Below, one piece after another: positions 39,066 to 54,700 of a DNA stretch of 64,000 nucleotides (within the stretch, counting starts at the first letter, position 1; the number at the start of each line of letters is the position of its first letter). Both the position numbers and the translations under genes were made by a program. This DNA comes from Zygnema circumcarinatum SAG 698-1b (Eukaryota; Plantae; Zygnematophyceae): assembly GCA_037447605.1 (NCBI GenBank), contig CM074805.1, forward strand, positions 1,583,361-1,647,360, in the 5' to 3' direction. A model generated the notes under the pieces. The model saw only the letters and a program-made list of their open reading frames with translations, made no database searches and had not been told where the DNA came from.

Positions 39066-42000
39066 TCAATCTGAAGGTGTCGGGACTGTGCCGGAATTGC
39101 GTGAGCCTGAAAGCGCTAACTCTGGTTCAGAAGCACCTGAGTTAGATAATTGCCTTGTACCATCGTCTTTGCTGCTTTCCTTTCCATTTGAAGATGTTAG
39201 CTGCGAGGGAGGCTCTCCATCCAACGGCAAGTCAAGAACTCTCTTTGGCCCTCCCAAAGCCACCTCTAAGACCAGATTCTCCTCCACAGACTGAGACCTT
39301 CCAGTAACTGCACCTTGCTTCTGCCCACTACCTAACGCGTTTGCCTCTGTCAATCTGTCGTGCCGGTCCTCCATAGATGCTGCATTCACCACTCCTATTG
39401 GCTCTGCGACCCCACCGCTGCTCACAAGACCCGCTGTCGAGTCAGGGGGGGGAGAGGGATCAAAAGCCAAGCTACCAGTTCGCCCAATGCTTGGCAAGGC
39501 ATCAAAGCCAGCTCCTGCATGCCGCTCGTCTGCAGAGCTTGCGGCGATATCATCACTACCAGGGCGAGTGCTTGGCGAGGGTGGGCCTGCTTTAGCTCTC
39601 ACAAATCTTTCATCGAGCACAAGTTTTTCGCCCTTCCCTTGTGGAATCCCAGCATAAGGTCCTACAGGACCCTCTGGAATGTTAGCTGGTAGCTTGTCGA
39701 ATGCAGCTCCTAGCAGAGTGATATCTCGGGAGTTCAAACCCATAGAATCCAAGCCCTCAAGTGCTCCTTTGCCAGTGGCTGCAGATGCTAGCGATGGTTC
39801 TTGAATGATACTTTTCGACCCATCGCCGACTGTCACTGAGATGCCGGGCTTTGCAACTTGACGTGTTTCCGGAGAGTGTGCAACCTTAGGGGACAATGGA
39901 GGGGGCTGCGAGGCAGGCATGTCCGCAGGCATTGAAAGTTCCTCTTCTGTACGGGATTCCACGGATGCTGCAGGTGCCTTAGACACCTGTGACGCTATTA
40001 CAATCTCAGAAGGACTGAACTTCTCCTGACCCACCTTACCAATCTCTTCCGGACGACTTCGTTGCGTCTCAAGATCCTGCACATCCCCTTGTGGGGCATC
40101 ACCACCAGCAGATCGATTTGAACTCTTCTGCGAATTCACCTGCAGTGCATCTGATGGCTGCTCACTCCATGGACTCGCTGCAGGTGTTGGTGCTGCTGAA
40201 GGTGCTACAGGAGGTGCAGGCTGTGCATCATCCACCACTGTCCCATTCACAGCCAGGTCGTCCCCAACAGTCTGCTGCTTCACTCGCTGCTGAGTATCTA
40301 AAAGAAGAAAGGGCTGCTGAACATGCTCATGTTCAGCAGGTGTCACGTCACGATACTGTACTCCACGATTCTCGGCCTCTTCGTATATGCGCTGCACGCT
40401 CCTGATTGGTGTGGCCAAGCGAGCACCATGAAAGGAGATGACATTAAGGAGGTCAAGTAATACCTCTTCCTGCGCATTTGGAAGCCCTAAGCCAGTTAGC
40501 CAGCTCAAACAAGTTCCTTCACTACAGACCTTTGAACTCCTATACGCGTTGTAGAGCGATTCAGAAAGAGCATATAGTGCAAGGGTCTATAACGGCAAAA
40601 CACCTCACCTTAACCCGCATGTACTCCTCGAAATGAGAAGTTTTCACAAAACAAGAAACCATGATCTGCATGAAAGAAGTTGAGCCAGAAAAATAAGCAT
40701 CAGAAATCCGCATCTCTAGATGCCTTGAGAAAAACATAGACTGAATGGGTCAACGGAAAGAGATGCTGCGGACTAATCCATAGTGTGACAGCAGTTTACC
40801 ATTCAAGGTGCCTCATCCAGACCCCACTCAAAGCAAATAAGTCAGAGCATAAGTGGTCTAACCATATGGATTCTCCGAGCAAAGATCTAAATAAGATGCA
40901 AAGGTCAGACGACGGAAACACAGATAAAATGGAACAATTATAGACAGAATTGCAAATCTAATCAATTTAGCCTACACATCAGCGTATGCAATGCCATCCT
41001 GAACGCCACGGTTTTTGTGGTCTTTAGACTGTTGGCTTGTACGACAGAGCTCGAAGCACGCACCATGAGCGCCTGGTTGTCAGGATTGACATGTTCTAAC
41101 ACCACTCGGCGATGCAGATGCTTCTGTTCGAGCTGGGGATGCTTGCTGATGACTTTGCGCATAGTCGCCACAATGTCCTGCGTTAGGGCAACAGCTCAGG
41201 TTGGGTCAGACAGAGCAGACCATTCTCACGCAAACTTTTTGGGTGTGCGTCATGCACACTTCACTAAGCCATGCTCAATCACCTCCTTGAAGGAAAAATG
41301 GTCTCCATATAGTGAGTGGCATCTGAGTAGTGAGCAAACGTTAAGGATCTACAATAATTTCTCAATCAAGCATCTACCACTCTGATCAAGAATCAAACAC
41401 CCAGAAAATGGCGACTCAGTGGATGGTTTTACAGGAAAATGGGACATCAATATGGACATTTAACAAACAAAAGGTCAGGAAAAAGCACGTGCTTCTCAGC
41501 TATTAAGCCCAGCACATGACACGGCTGGGAAGCTAAGAAGTGCATACCCCAATTTTGCCGACATCATAATGACTGATCCCGAAAAAGGTTTTGATACGCC
41601 AGTGTGTCTTTTGACTCAAATTCCGAACGACACTGACGCTGAATTTGTGGTTGGGAATGTGAACGGCTTCCCGATCATCGCCGCGAATGATGGTAGGCTC
41701 CCACCACCCCACATGCTGCAAGAAGCAATGATCCTTAGCAGCGTGTTAACAGCCCTGATGAACATAGCAAGGGTATCATTTCTCAAACAGTGAAATGAGA
41801 CCAAGGGGAATTCATTCCGACAGAAAAAGTAGCTTACCTCCACAGTGCCAGAAACTTCCTGCCCTTCTATCTTTGTTTGGATCCATTCGTTCACCATGAA
41901 GGGCCGAGTTGCATGAATCATAATGCTCGACAAGAAGTTTGTAACCAGCTGCATCATAACATAAACGGTGGCACGTTTGCCATAGAGCGTCACAACCAAA

Positions 42001-45000
42001 CGGTCCAATCAAAATGATGATGAATGGCAACTTTCACACTGTCCCTGAATTCTGCTACAATACTTGGCAGAACTTGAGACCACACTATGTAGCCTCTAAT
42101 TCATCTGCCCAGCCGAACATCTCCATTCCAAACTGATACTCCACCAACTTCCACCGCGCATATCCTGCTTACCTCCCTGCCTGCGAGAGTGAGCAGCACT
42201 GTCCCAAAGCCACCAGCTGTAATCCACTTTTGGGTGGAAAAGCCAAGGAGCTCCATGAACAGAATCACAGCTGCCACCCAAACCAGCGTGTATACAGTAT
42301 TCCCCACGAACTGCACTCCCAGCTGCAAAACCCAAGATAGTAACACTCACGTCAAACAAACAATCCTCCGGGTGTACCAGTAAACATTCCAGATCCTCAC
42401 AGCCGTGAAAACTTCACAATCCCAGCTATGGGACAACTGGCGAGCAAACAGGCAGCATCTCACATTCCGGGACTCCTCCGCATCGCCCTGCCGCTCCACC
42501 ATAAACTTCTGAATCCGCTGCGTCAGGCTGCAGCCCATGGCCCCTCAAGCACGACTTAGCCAAAATGGGGCACAAGCTGCGAATGGCTTGACCAGAGAAT
42601 GGGCGCTTTTCATGTACACAGGCATGAGAACAACCGCAAAACGACTTCATTTGAAAAGATGAGACGAGCTGTCGTTCGGTAGTCTCGATACCCATCAATG
42701 TGTATTTCAATTTGTTTTTTCAATCATCTGATTTACGAACTCTTCCTTCGTTCGCTGGGTTTGCAACTGCATTGCACGAAACGGCCACAGAGAGGGGCAA
42801 ACCTGGCAGTGCAGAACGCAAAAGCGAGCACTGTTGACAAGGAGCGGACGAAGTTAACGAAGCGATGTTTTATCGCCTGGCTGGTTTCAGATGCCAAGAC
42901 AACCGGATCAAAGCTCCTGCCAGCAGACAAATATAAAAATATTGAGTTCCAATAAAACCAGCGAGTGAAAATGCAAAGTAATAACATTGAGAACAGATCT
43001 GGAAATTCAGGAATGATCAAAAGGACCTACAGGGTCTTGCAACGAAACTACAATGGCATCAATTGAAAGTGCGTGTCTTGTTCAAAAGAGCCTCCATCTC
43101 AGTGAACGTCATCAGAGCTGTTTATTTGCTCAGTCTAGGATTACTTTAAGAAAGCTCTGTAAGTCCCTAAGAGGGCTCTGGGTACATGTGCAGTGGCACC
43201 CCACCTGCATATGACTAGTACTGCTATCCAGATAATAACAGGTCGCACATAGGATGCCATAATGTAGCGAGTCCGACTTTCATCCCAAAGGTAATCTTTT
43301 CTCTGCAAGGTCACACAGCTTGCCATTGCCTTCATCAAATGGTCCACTGACAGAAGCTGTAGTTGGCGTACCAATAAGATAGTACATTATTCAACAGACG
43401 AGTTGAATTTGATGAAGGAGGGTACACAGACAGAAAATGGTTTCACAAAACAAGCAGAGATTAGGGCAGAGAAGCAGAAAAACTTGAAGCTGCATAGTGA
43501 CAAAGACACAAACCTGTGAGGTGAAGGCCGTTTTATGTAACCAACAAATCACTACTTACTCTAAAAATTGTTCGTCGAAGAAAACGTAAAGTGGGAGTTA
43601 ACCCCCAGATAGCGAAAGCCATAACGGCTATAGCAGGTGGAGTCAGCCATAAAGGGTGTCCGAGATCAAGGCAGGTAGGCAACCTGTTCCAATAGCACAG
43701 GGCCGGGGAATAAGCTCGACCATTGGAGAAATCATTAAAGAAACCTTCAACATTCAGAGTACAATTATGGTGGGCTTCCTCATCTAAGCAAGACCTCAAG
43801 GTATGAGACATCACCCTGATGTTTGACACAGCATCTGCGTTAGCTTTTAAGGGATGCTATGAAAAAACCACGTGTCTGCCAACTGACCCAAGTTTGCCCC
43901 TTGGAAGTAACATATAGCTGCATAGTTAGATGTACAGGCTCCACTGTCTAAGCCGATGTTGAGTAGAAAGAGGAAATATAAAAGTAGTGCATGTAATACA
44001 TCATTTGAGGTGAAGGAAAGAAAGGCCACAGAAGCACTGCACTAGCAAGAACTGACCTGCTGCGCACGAGCGTCCATAATGTGCCGAGAGACGGCAAAAC
44101 TGAGGCCGCCTTCACACATCCCCTGCACATTTTGGAGGGCTGTGGACTGCGGCCAAGCTGAAGCTGACGCCACATGTCTTGGCACCATACATTGCTCAAA
44201 CCGCCGCTGCTTATCTGTCACCAACAGCGCAAAAGCAAGAAATAATGAGACCGGAGGCTACTGCTTCACACGATGTAGAGCAACGACATGGTCGCTGAAA
44301 CATGACTTCTCAAAATTCTCAAAGCATCACCTCCGGGGAGAAGTGCATTTATTTTCTATCATCACTACCAAAGGACTGATGTTGCAGTTAGAAAAAATGC
44401 AACGGGCCCTAAAATCTACTGACACAAGAATTTAGCATTTGCAAATGAGTGATGTATTCTTCAATGTGTTTCATGTCCCCAGTACTTACGATGACAGGAG
44501 TGTCCACGAAGGCATGGGAGAACGCATTTCTTCCAGAGATACATGCGGGCTTCGGGATAAGGGATGCCCGGGGCCGTGCAGCCACCAGGCGCCTGATGGG
44601 CTCGAGCTTTCTGGCGGGAGGTCGGCAACTACTGGCTCTCACACTTTGCTGCAATTACAAATAGCAAAAAAATGTTCTGCGACTCAGCCACTTCGTGCTT
44701 GCCCCGAGCTTTTACGCAAAACATGGATTACCTTCAAGATGCCCCATGCCATTCACTTTTACTCTAATGAAACTCCAACAACAATGACAGGTTTCTCTGC
44801 AGCTCCTCACTCAAAAAGGCGGCGAAATAAAAAAAAACCCGAATAAATAGCCTTCTCTTGAAAGAATGCCAAACCCTAAAAAACCACCACGCAGAACGCC
44901 AGCTTCCAGCCCAACCACTCGCCAGCAAGCCCCGTACCCTAACCTTGCACAGCGACGCGTGCGGGGCGGCGGGAGAGCGCGAGCAAGCCGCGCGCACAGT

Positions 45001-45006
45001 CGCCAT
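39066..45006 (-). CDS. MSL2: Plastid mechanosensitive channel of small conductance, MSL2/MSL3 type
   Basis: Transit-peptide-like start [12 protein letters not shown] at gccATG 45006. Exons encode [143 protein letters not shown], and a long tail with [15 protein letters not shown]. Confidence 0.93.
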
Positions 45007-45791
45007 GGCAGCAAAGTCGATGCGGACGCGCGGTGTAGGAGGCGCGAGAGCAACCCCTCCCCTGCCCTGCACCTCCCTCCCTCCTCCCTCGCTCCACTTC
45101 CTCCCTCCCTGGCAGGCAGGCAGGCAGGCAGAAAGCAAGGCGCAGTGGGCGGGGGGGGCGAGGGCGAACCCTAATTTCCGGCGCCCCGTAAGTCCGTGAC
45201 CCCTAGGCCGTACGCCCTACGGCGCATAAAAACTGTACGGTGCGGGCCACCCTGGACGCGCCGCGTGGCCATAGGCGGACCTCCCCCGCGGTCCCATCCC
45301 CATCGCACGTGCGAGCGAGCGCGGATAAGCGGAAGGGAAACACCGCGCCGTTCAAAGGGGGCCGTACGACCGCCGCAGTAACCGCTTTGGGAAGATCGGA
45401 CGGTCGGTAGAAGCGCAAGAGTGATTGGACGGCTGATATGGACGACGGTTCACCGGGTTGTGAACTGGTAGCTGTACGGCAACCGACGGAGCTCCGTACG
45501 GTCACGATCTTTTGGTTCCGAGGCCGACAAGCTTTGTTAAGACGGCCAATGAGAACGCACCACGTGTCTGGCTTAATCCAGGGCCAAGATTCCGAATCAC
45601 GCTCGGACTGTAACATGGAAACGCGTTCCAAAACTGGATCGGGAAAGGTCGCTGTCCTACAGTGCGTGTTGTAACTGCGAATATATGTTATCGTTACGGA
45701 GCGTCAACAGCGAACGGACAGTTGGATTTTAGGGTTTCCGTACAGGGTCCATATTTCGGCTCCCTCTCTGAAGGAAGCCGTCGGCAGCGCC
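45007..45791. promoter_or_regulatory. Divergent promoter region shared by MSL2/3 and FtsH12
   Basis: The ATGs are 786 bp apart and point outward. Telo-box-like AACCCTAAT (~45167) and TTTTAGGGTTT (~45727), several CCGTACG motifs, and CCAAT at ~45546. Confidence 0.6.
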
Positions 45792-48700
45792 ATGGCGACG
45801 GCCGCCATGGCCTCACTGGGCCGGTCGGAGGCGCTCTCTGCGCGCTTGTGCGAGGTATGTGCTGCGGTTTCTTTAAGTAAGTAGCTGAATATGCTGAATT
45901 TGAATTTAACACGGGCAGATAGTCAATTGTCTCGAGTGGGAAGGGCACGTCCTCCTCATTTTTCGAACGGCTCATTGGTTTTTGTTAAAATGTGGAGGAA
46001 TAGCTGCCACATTGACGGAAATGACGTGGATTATTGCACATGGCATCAAGGTGTCTGCAGAAGTTATGAGTTCTGATAGTTAGGGAGTGATATAGACAGA
46101 TAGGTAGAAGGAGAGAGAGAGGGAGAGGGGAGAGGGAGAGGGGAGAGTGGGATAGAGAGGGGGAGAAAGAGGAAGGGAGAGGGGGGGTGGAGAGAGGGAA
46201 GGAGGCAGGGAGGAAGGGAGGTGGGGGGGGGGGGGGGGNNNNNNNNNNGGGGGTAAGGGGTAAGGGGTAAGGGAGGGGACGCGGGGCGGGGGAGGCGAGA
46301 TGGGAGAGACGAGGGTGGGGAGAGGGGAGAGGGAAGAGAAAAGAGAGAGGAGAGAGAGGAGAGAGAGGAGAGAGAAGAGAGTGCGGGAAGAGGGAAGAGA
46401 GAAATGAGAGAGAGGGGAGAGTGAAGAGGAGAGAGGAAAGAGAGGAGAAAGGAGTCAGAGGAAAGTGAGGAGAGATGGGAGAGGAAGCGGAGAGGGGGGG
46501 AGAGAGGAGAGGGGAGAGAGGAGAGGGGAGAGGGGAGAGAGGAGTGGGAAGAGGGAAGAGGGAGAGGTGAGAGGGGAAAGAGAAGAGAGGGTAGAGTGGA
46601 GAGGAGAAGGGAGGAGAGGAGAGAAAGGGAGGGAGGAGAGAGCAGCTCACAATACCGCGAGGTTCACTTTTCGGGTACTGGATAGGTGGAAGCCTCGACA
46701 AGCGGATGCAGGAATTTTGCGAGGAATTGCAGCTCCTCGCCATGGCGAGCGGTGGCTGCACGAGCGAGAGGGTCCTCTGTGGCAAGACGTGCTTGCATTT
46801 CTCGCCGCTCAGCGGGCGGATCCTTTAAAAGCAACTCCTTAAATGTAAGCTGCTGATGTGGCCAACAACTTCATCATCATTCTGAGCATCATTTACGTTA
46901 CTTCTTCAACCCAATATTGGAGGTTTTGTAGAATTTATCGCTGTCAACAAAATGCGCTGCTTTTTATTTCTATTCCCCTGGCCAATGCGGCTATTAGCGA
47001 TAAAAAAATTTGTACTGAATGAGAAGTTTATGGCACATTCCAATAGCTGGTTAAACTGTGCCCATTCTTTGACAGGTAGGCAACATTCTGGTGAAAATTG
47101 CGTGTTGCCGACATCAATCTCAACGTCGACTTCTTCAATCCTGTCGAGCATCTGTGAATGGCGGAGAGGAGCCGCCTCAAGAGGTGGAAGAAGAGGAATC
47201 GGTCGAGAGAAAAGTTGAGGAAGGGGTGGAAGTCCAACCGTGGTGGAATCGCTTGATCGAATGGAGCCACTTGCATCACTGGATGGTCAGAAGCCCGAGC
47301 CGCAGATCTGTGCATTTGCCAGGTCACCCCTAGCTTGTGGACATGGTTCTAAATTCCAAGAATGGGGAAGAATTCCAAGAACAGCTTCCATCTGCTACAT
47401 TTGATTGTTGTATGTACCTTTCCCGAGCACATCCTCAGTGTCCTTTGTTGCATTTTGTTTGTCTGATTCAAATTCATCGGTGTCTTGCTCAGGAAATCCG
47501 GAAATGGAGCTTACAACGTTGGGCTGCTGCCGTTCTTGCGGCTGCTCTTGCCTTAGCCGCCATGCGAGTTGCTTATCGCAGTGCTTCATCCCCAAAGCCA
47601 AGCGCTGCCAACGTGGCAGAGGTTTGGTTGGACTGGGCCATCCCGGAGGCAACGCCGGAAAACATTAGAAGGTGCGTCTTTGGGTGCGTCTGCAAGTGAA
47701 GAATAAGCATTCGTCTTGTGTGTAGGTGCGGATTCAGGAATTAGGTTGAAGCATGCAAAAGGAGTAGCACCGAAAGCATCACAGATAAGACCGGCGCCAT
47801 GTATAGCCTTTGATGAGGTGGAGGTTGGGCAATCTGCTGTCAGAGCGAAAGTAGAGGAGTGGGAGCGGACCCATCCGCGGGGGATGAAGGCGTCGAGGTA
47901 TGTTCTGAAGGAGGACGGACAGTACCACAAGGACCCAAATTTTGCAGGAGAGATGGCCTGGCAGGAAGAGGCAGATGCTTCCAAGCAGGATACTTCAGCT
48001 GCTCAGGGTGAGTGAGTGAGTGAGTGAGGTCTTGTTTAGAGCACGCGTGCAGGCTTGGTGTCCGCAGACAGCTTTCTTAGCAAAGGCCTGAACGAAGGTC
48101 TTCTACAGCCGTGAACAATCCAGTTTCTGAACAGATAGGGAGGATTTGATGATGCTTGGGCAGCTTTGAAAGAGAGGGTTAACCATTAGCTTTGGTTATG
48201 AAGTGTGAGCAGGTGATGTGGCACAGGAGGATTGGAAAGTGCGGTTGAAGGACTGGGAGGTGGCGTTGGAGAAGGAGGAGCTCAAAGAGCGGATGGAGGA
48301 TACCATAAGCAAGTAGGAGACTTCTCTGGCCTCTTTTGGTGAAGCAGCAACTTGACATCGTGCTCACATTTGAAATTGCGATGTTTGGAGCTCTTGAAGC
48401 TTAAGCCAACTAATCTCTGCAACTTTTTTTGCTAGCTATTCTCACCATGTCAGAACAGCCTCATGTCTTTTGTCCTCCTTTCGTGGCACTCTTTCATTCC
48501 GACAACCGATGGCTGCATGGGCATATCCCTCACCAGTAGAATGTATGGCCATCTGTCTGACTGCATGCATACACTTTGATGCTCTGCAGGTATGAAGTGC
48601 GGTTCGACTTGGGCAAGATGTTGGAGGCCGGGCAGGAGGCTCGGGCCGAGGGAGGCGGAGGCAGTGCAGGCAAACCTTCAAAGCCTTCTGCGTCGTTCTG

Positions 48701-51700
48701 GTTGGCCAAACGATGGTGGAAGTACCGCCCTTCCATGCCGTACGCATGGCTTCTCAGGAAGATTGCGAATAATGAAGTGAGGCCAAACACTGCCCTCAAC
48801 TTGCAGTATATGTATGGGAGTTCTGTATTTGCAGTGTGGAGGGAGTTTAATGACTCTAATTGTGGGACACCGACAGGTGGTGGCTGCAGTCTACAGTGAA
48901 GACATGCGACATCTCTATGTAGTTATGGCGGATGGGTTTCCGTCAGAATATAAGGTGAGTGTGGAGTCGCACTGGCCAATGCATACGTTGCCAAAATACA
49001 GAAATTGCCTTCTGATCAAGATCTCTAAACTCGTCAACTTTTTGTGGAGTCGTCGTAGACATTTTGATCCCTTGAGCTGTTGCTGTATTCTCCATCTTTA
49101 CGTGTGGGCTTTCCAGGTGAACATTCCAATAGACCCCTATCTTTATCAGCAGTTATCGTTACGTGGAGTAGAGATGGGAATCTTAAGGAGAGGCCCGCTC
49201 TCATACTTGCGAGGACTTGCTATTCTCGCTCCGAGTCTGCTCATCCTTTGGGCGATCAACTATGTTCTCTATAATTTTCGGGTTTCTATGTCTGAAAAAT
49301 TGTACGACTACATCATGATGGATCGCTCGAACTTAATTTTGGTGAGTTGTCCTTGCATTGGGAAAGGTGGGCTGCAACTTACCTCCACTTTCAGTAAAAC
49401 CTCCTAAACATGCTTCAGAAAGATGACAACCAGAATCTTAATATGCAGTTGAACCTCTTTATTTTGTGAATCTCATAAGCGCCATTGCGACGGATGTTTG
49501 CAGCCGGAGGATGCTCGAAAGGACCGGATGACTCAATTCGATGATGTGGTGATGGGGCCCGATGTGTGGCAAGCGTTGGAGGAGATTCTGACATACATGC
49601 GTGATCCGATGAAGTATCACTCGCGGGGGATCAAGCTGCCGAGGGTGCGCACTTCTGGCAAATGCTTTCCAGCATAATTCATCATTGGCAGCAGGGGAAC
49701 AGTTTCAGTTTCAGTTTCAGTTGCAGTTTTTTGAAGGTCGACATTCATAGCGGATAAACGCACAGCTGCTCCATTCTATGAAGTGAGCGTTCACTTTTTT
49801 TAGTGCGGTGGCTGCTGAGAGAGGGATAGCACCAAATATGTGAAACCTTTGAAAGAAAAAAAGCTTTCTTGCGTTGACATTTTGTCGTGTAATTCTGCAA
49901 GTCTACAGGGGATCCTTATTAGCGGCCCTCCCGGTACGGGTAAAACTCTTTTGGCTCGCGCTATTGCGAGAGAGTGCGGCCTCCCCTTCGTGTTCAAGTC
50001 GGGGGCGGAGTTTGTGGACACCAACGCCATGGCGGGGAGGGAGCAGGTCTTCCAAACCTTCTTCACGGCCCGAGCCATGGTCCGTCTCTCGCTCCCTCCT
50101 TCCCTCCCTCTTGAGTCAAAGGGCTCATGCAGGTCCCACCTCTCTGAGAGTGCGAGCCTCGCTAACCTTCGCTGCTAATGCCACTCATTAGTCCCCTCGT
50201 CGTTATCTCTCTTCCCTGTTCGTTTATTCGGTTGAAAAGGAGATGAGGGATAGGTACTGAGTTATTTGGTTGAACAAGAGATGAGGTATTTCATTGAAGT
50301 GGAGATGAAATGTTTCGTTTGGCGATGGCGATGTGGTATGCGATCGAAAATGTGATGAGGTATTTGATTGACGAGGAGCCGAGTTATTTGGTGAAAAGGA
50401 CATGGGGTGCGGATCTGCTGTTGATCCGAGCAATGATTTTGGGAATTGAACGCACATCAATTGTTCGTTGCTTTGGTTCTGTGTTGCTAGCCATCATGCA
50501 TAGGACGGGAAGCGGATGCCAACCTGGCCATAGACAGTGATCGCCTCTTCTTCTTTACATTTTTTTTATTTCTACCACTTGCAACTGAGAAACTGCCATA
50601 TCAAAAGTGCGTTCTTGTTCCTCTGCTGGCGGTTTGTACCGCCCTTCCCATGGTTGCCCTTTTTTTAACCGGCCCTGTCTGGTATCTGGGTTCAGGCTCC
50701 CTCCTTTGTCTTCATCGACGAAATAGACGCGCTTGCCGGAAAGAGCGTAGTGAGCACCGACGCGGAGAGGAGAATCACATTCGAGCAGCTGCTCAAGGAG
50801 CTGGATGGCGAGTAGGGCTCCCCTCCCCTCCCCTCCCTTCTGAGATGGAATTGCCACACTTAGCACTCACAACGAAGTCATGATGAACTCATTCCTCAGT
50901 CCCTTCGGATCTTTCCAAGATGGATGCACAAGTGACGGGCTCATCATTTCACCCAAGCTCACCATTCCTCTCATCAAGGCATTCTTACATTTCTGTCTTC
51001 TCCTTCTCTCTTTCCTTCTACTCTTTCTTTGCTCACGTCTTCTTCATTGGCTGCTCCTCTCTCTCTGAACTCTCTTCTCCAAAATATCTCGCCTCTCGAA
51101 CTTTCCCTCTACTCCCTTTGACTTTCTTGGTTCCGTCTTGCGTCCTCATCGTTCATTCTCGAAATTTCTCACTCTTGTGGACCCTAACTGTCCTTAATTG
51201 AATGTACACAAACTTTCACTTGATTCTATCCACACAAGATGGACTAATATGATTCGTGAACCGAGACTTACATATACATCACTGTAATCTACCCATAATT
51301 CCATCGTATTTGAACACGAATGTTGTACGACCTCAAGGAGTTCTCTTAATCCACACAACATGCAACATACTCATGATACAATTCAATAAACTGCATGCTA
51401 ATGCATCACCTACATCACACCCTCCCCTCCCCCCTCCCCTGTCCACGGAAGCTTTTACCGACTGTNNNNNNNNNNCCCCCCCCCCCCCCCACCTTCCCCC
51501 TCTCCCTTCCCTCTCCTCTCCCCCCCCCCTCTCTCCCCTCCCCTTACCCCCCCTGGTTGGCAGGATCGAGCACACCGACGTGGACCGGTTCTCCCTCCGG
51601 CAGGCGGTGGTCCTCATCGCTGCGACCAACCGCCCGGAGGCCCTCCACGCGGACCTGCGCAAGCCGGGCCGCATCGACCGCGAAATTCACATCGGACTGC

Positions 51701-54700
51701 CCGCGGAACGCGAGAGGGTCGAGATCTTCAAAGTGCACAGCCGGGATCGGAACTTGGCGCCGGACGTTGACTTCTCCAAGGTTTGACTTTTTATCTTGCA
51801 AGCTGGGAACAGGAGGGGCTGGCTAATAAGGCGTGTGCAGGCTGGTTGGACGGTGTTGTTGGTTGGATGAAGGGAAGGGTCTTGCAACACTGGAGGGTGG
51901 TTTATGCTCACGGATGGAATGGACGAGAGGGGTTTATAGGTGATATTGTTTGTTGTTATCAAGAAGATAGTTTGGTTCAAAATGAGTCGGATGCTTTGTT
52001 GACACCTGATATATGAGAAGTGTGGGTTCATCAACTCATGTTTCCTTGCTCTCTGTCACACTCGTGTTGTTGTTGTTCTTTCATGGCAGCTTGTCTTCAG
52101 AACGCTCGGTTTCTCTGGTGCCGATATTCGCAACCTTGTAAACGAATCAGCAATTGTTGCAGTGAGACCCTTATTCTTTGATTCTCCATGTCAGTGTCAG
52201 ATGATGCATGTTCTTTCAACACTTTGAGACTTTATGCTTAGTCCATGGAACCTTGGATCCATGCTAAAGTCCAGACTATGATGATGCATGCTGCTGTTAA
52301 TTTGGATTTAGAAAACAAAGTTAAAGCTTTTTCTTTTCCGTTGAGGTTATGCTACCATCAGTACATATCTTAAGCCCGCACTCATTCACATTATTTAGAA
52401 TAACCCTAGCTTGCACTCTTTCGAGGCTAGACATGGAAAACACAATCAATATCTTTCAACTCCAAAAACTCCTCCTTCCGACTCCTTTCCTTGATCCCCT
52501 CAAGAGTAGACGATGTCTGAGATGGTGCCATTGACTTTCAGGTGCGCAAAGGCCACGTGGCCATTCAACAGAGCGACATCGCAGCAGCTTTGGACAAGTC
52601 GTTGTTTGAATCTCTCGGCATTGCGCAGACAGCAGACGAGGAGAAGGTGGCAAACCAATCGGTGAGTGCCCCACGATTTCGTCCCTTCATGTTCATGGCA
52701 CCGGTATAGCCTTGACTTCATGAAGGGCTGATTGTGTGCGGCTGCTTTTAACTTGCCGGAATGCAAAAAAGTGGATTGCAGGTTCCGGAAGGTGTTCGTC
52801 GAATTCTGGCAGTGCATGAGGCAGGGCATATTCTGTTGGCCCATCTCTTCCCGCAGTTCGACTGGCACGCATTCAGCCACATTCTGCCGGGGGGTCAGGT
52901 CGGTCCGAACACTTCAAGTCAAACTCACACCTGCAACTTCTCCAGTTTCACTTGAAAAATTCTCAAATCCTACATAACATGCGAGTTTTTGTGTTTTTTT
53001 TGTTTCGAGTTGTCGAAACTCAAATCGGCTGATGAACATGCTTTCTTGTGCCTCGAGTGCTCCTTCTTTTGAAGGAACGTTCAGGCAGAGAGGGGTTGCA
53101 ACTTGACTTCTTATATCATTGCAGAAGTACGGGAAACGGCCGTGTTGTGGGTGCAGGAGTCTGCTCTCTCCGTGTTCTACCCTCGTCAGAGCGTGTTGGA
53201 CCGGCGGGAAACCACTGTGGGATACTTAAAGATGCAGATGGTGGTGGCCCAGGGAGGGAGATGCGCGGAACGCTTAGTTTTTGGAGAGGAAGAAGTCACT
53301 GATGGGGGTCTCGACGACCTCATGAAAATCTCCAAGGTGCGTTTTTTTCTTTACTGAGAATAGCAGAAACTTCTATTTCAGTTGTGTTTGTGGGTGCTTG
53401 AACGATGGTCCCTTTCTTCATGTAGGCTCCTTCAGGAAAGCAGATTGGAAACAGAAACTGTCCCCAAGTAACGGGTCTGTTTCCAAAACCAGCTTGAAGT
53501 CGTGACAGTGTATGCTGGACCCCATGTTCAGACGCAGATACTTCTCCGTCAAGAAGATATGAACATTCTGAGTTAGGGTTTGCAGATTGCTCGTGAATTG
53601 GCTGTGAGTTATGCGAATCCTCGGTTGGGTCTCATGCCCCTCACGTACCATCCAGTGGTAGAGCCGCCCGCTAAACCTGACGAAGTTCGACTCATTCCGA
53701 ACAATGTAAGTGCTCTTTTTGCCGATTGGCATTGTTCAAACGATATGGGTTCTATGATAAACACCTTCCAAAGTCACGCTGTAGCACTTACTTGATCTGA
53801 TCTAGCTTCTAGATTTTTCCGCAATCGTGCCGTGCCCCTTTCGAGATACGTTATGATGTGCTGATTTTTTGTCAATGGAGTGTTTCTCATTCGCAGTGGG
53901 ATCGTCCTGGTACAATCGTCGCAAACATGTCAGTGCCACTTTCTGAAATGTTCACTCGGGAAGTCACAAGAGTGAGTTTTCCTCCTTTCCTGATGTGAGA
54001 ATTTTTACTATCATCTTTCACACCGGCTGCTGTCCTTTGATGCTAGTTTCTTCCTAATTTTCAGGGCCTTCTTTTGCATTCGGGTGGCTTAACTCTAAGA
54101 AAGCGAAAATGTATGTGCAGTACGTGACGGAGTCAGAGGCCATGGCTATGGAGGGCCTTAGAGCAAATCGGGCCATACTTGACAGCTTAGCGGAGACGTT
54201 GTTTGAAAACTTTCGAATGAGCGGATTGGTGAGTGCTGCTCTCACATGCCTTCCGGTGCTTGCTGAAGTCATGCCTCTTGAAAGCCAAAATTACCTCAAC
54301 ATCCATCTGCATTTTCTGGAGTGTGTGTATTCATGGAAACAACCTTTTACCAAAGATATGCATCCTTCTAAGGTGGCGGTCCAACACGGTGCAGGAAGCG
54401 GAAGAGTTGGTGAAGTCCCTGCACCCCATCATGCTGCCCGACCTCTCGGAGGGAGTGGAGATTGACCCCGAGGAGCTCATCAAGGTGGGTTTCGTCAACT
54501 TGTGGTTTGCATGACTGCTCTTCCGGGGGGGGTTGCTTGCCCTTTGTGAAAGGGAGGGAGGCCGGACCTTGACCACCATGGACTGACTGACTGATGCATG
54601 CATGCATGTTGGTTGGCGGCATCCATCATGTCCTGCAGGCGGGGCCGAGCTCGTGGAACCCCAACAAGCCCGGACGCTATGAGGAGCTGGAGATATATCC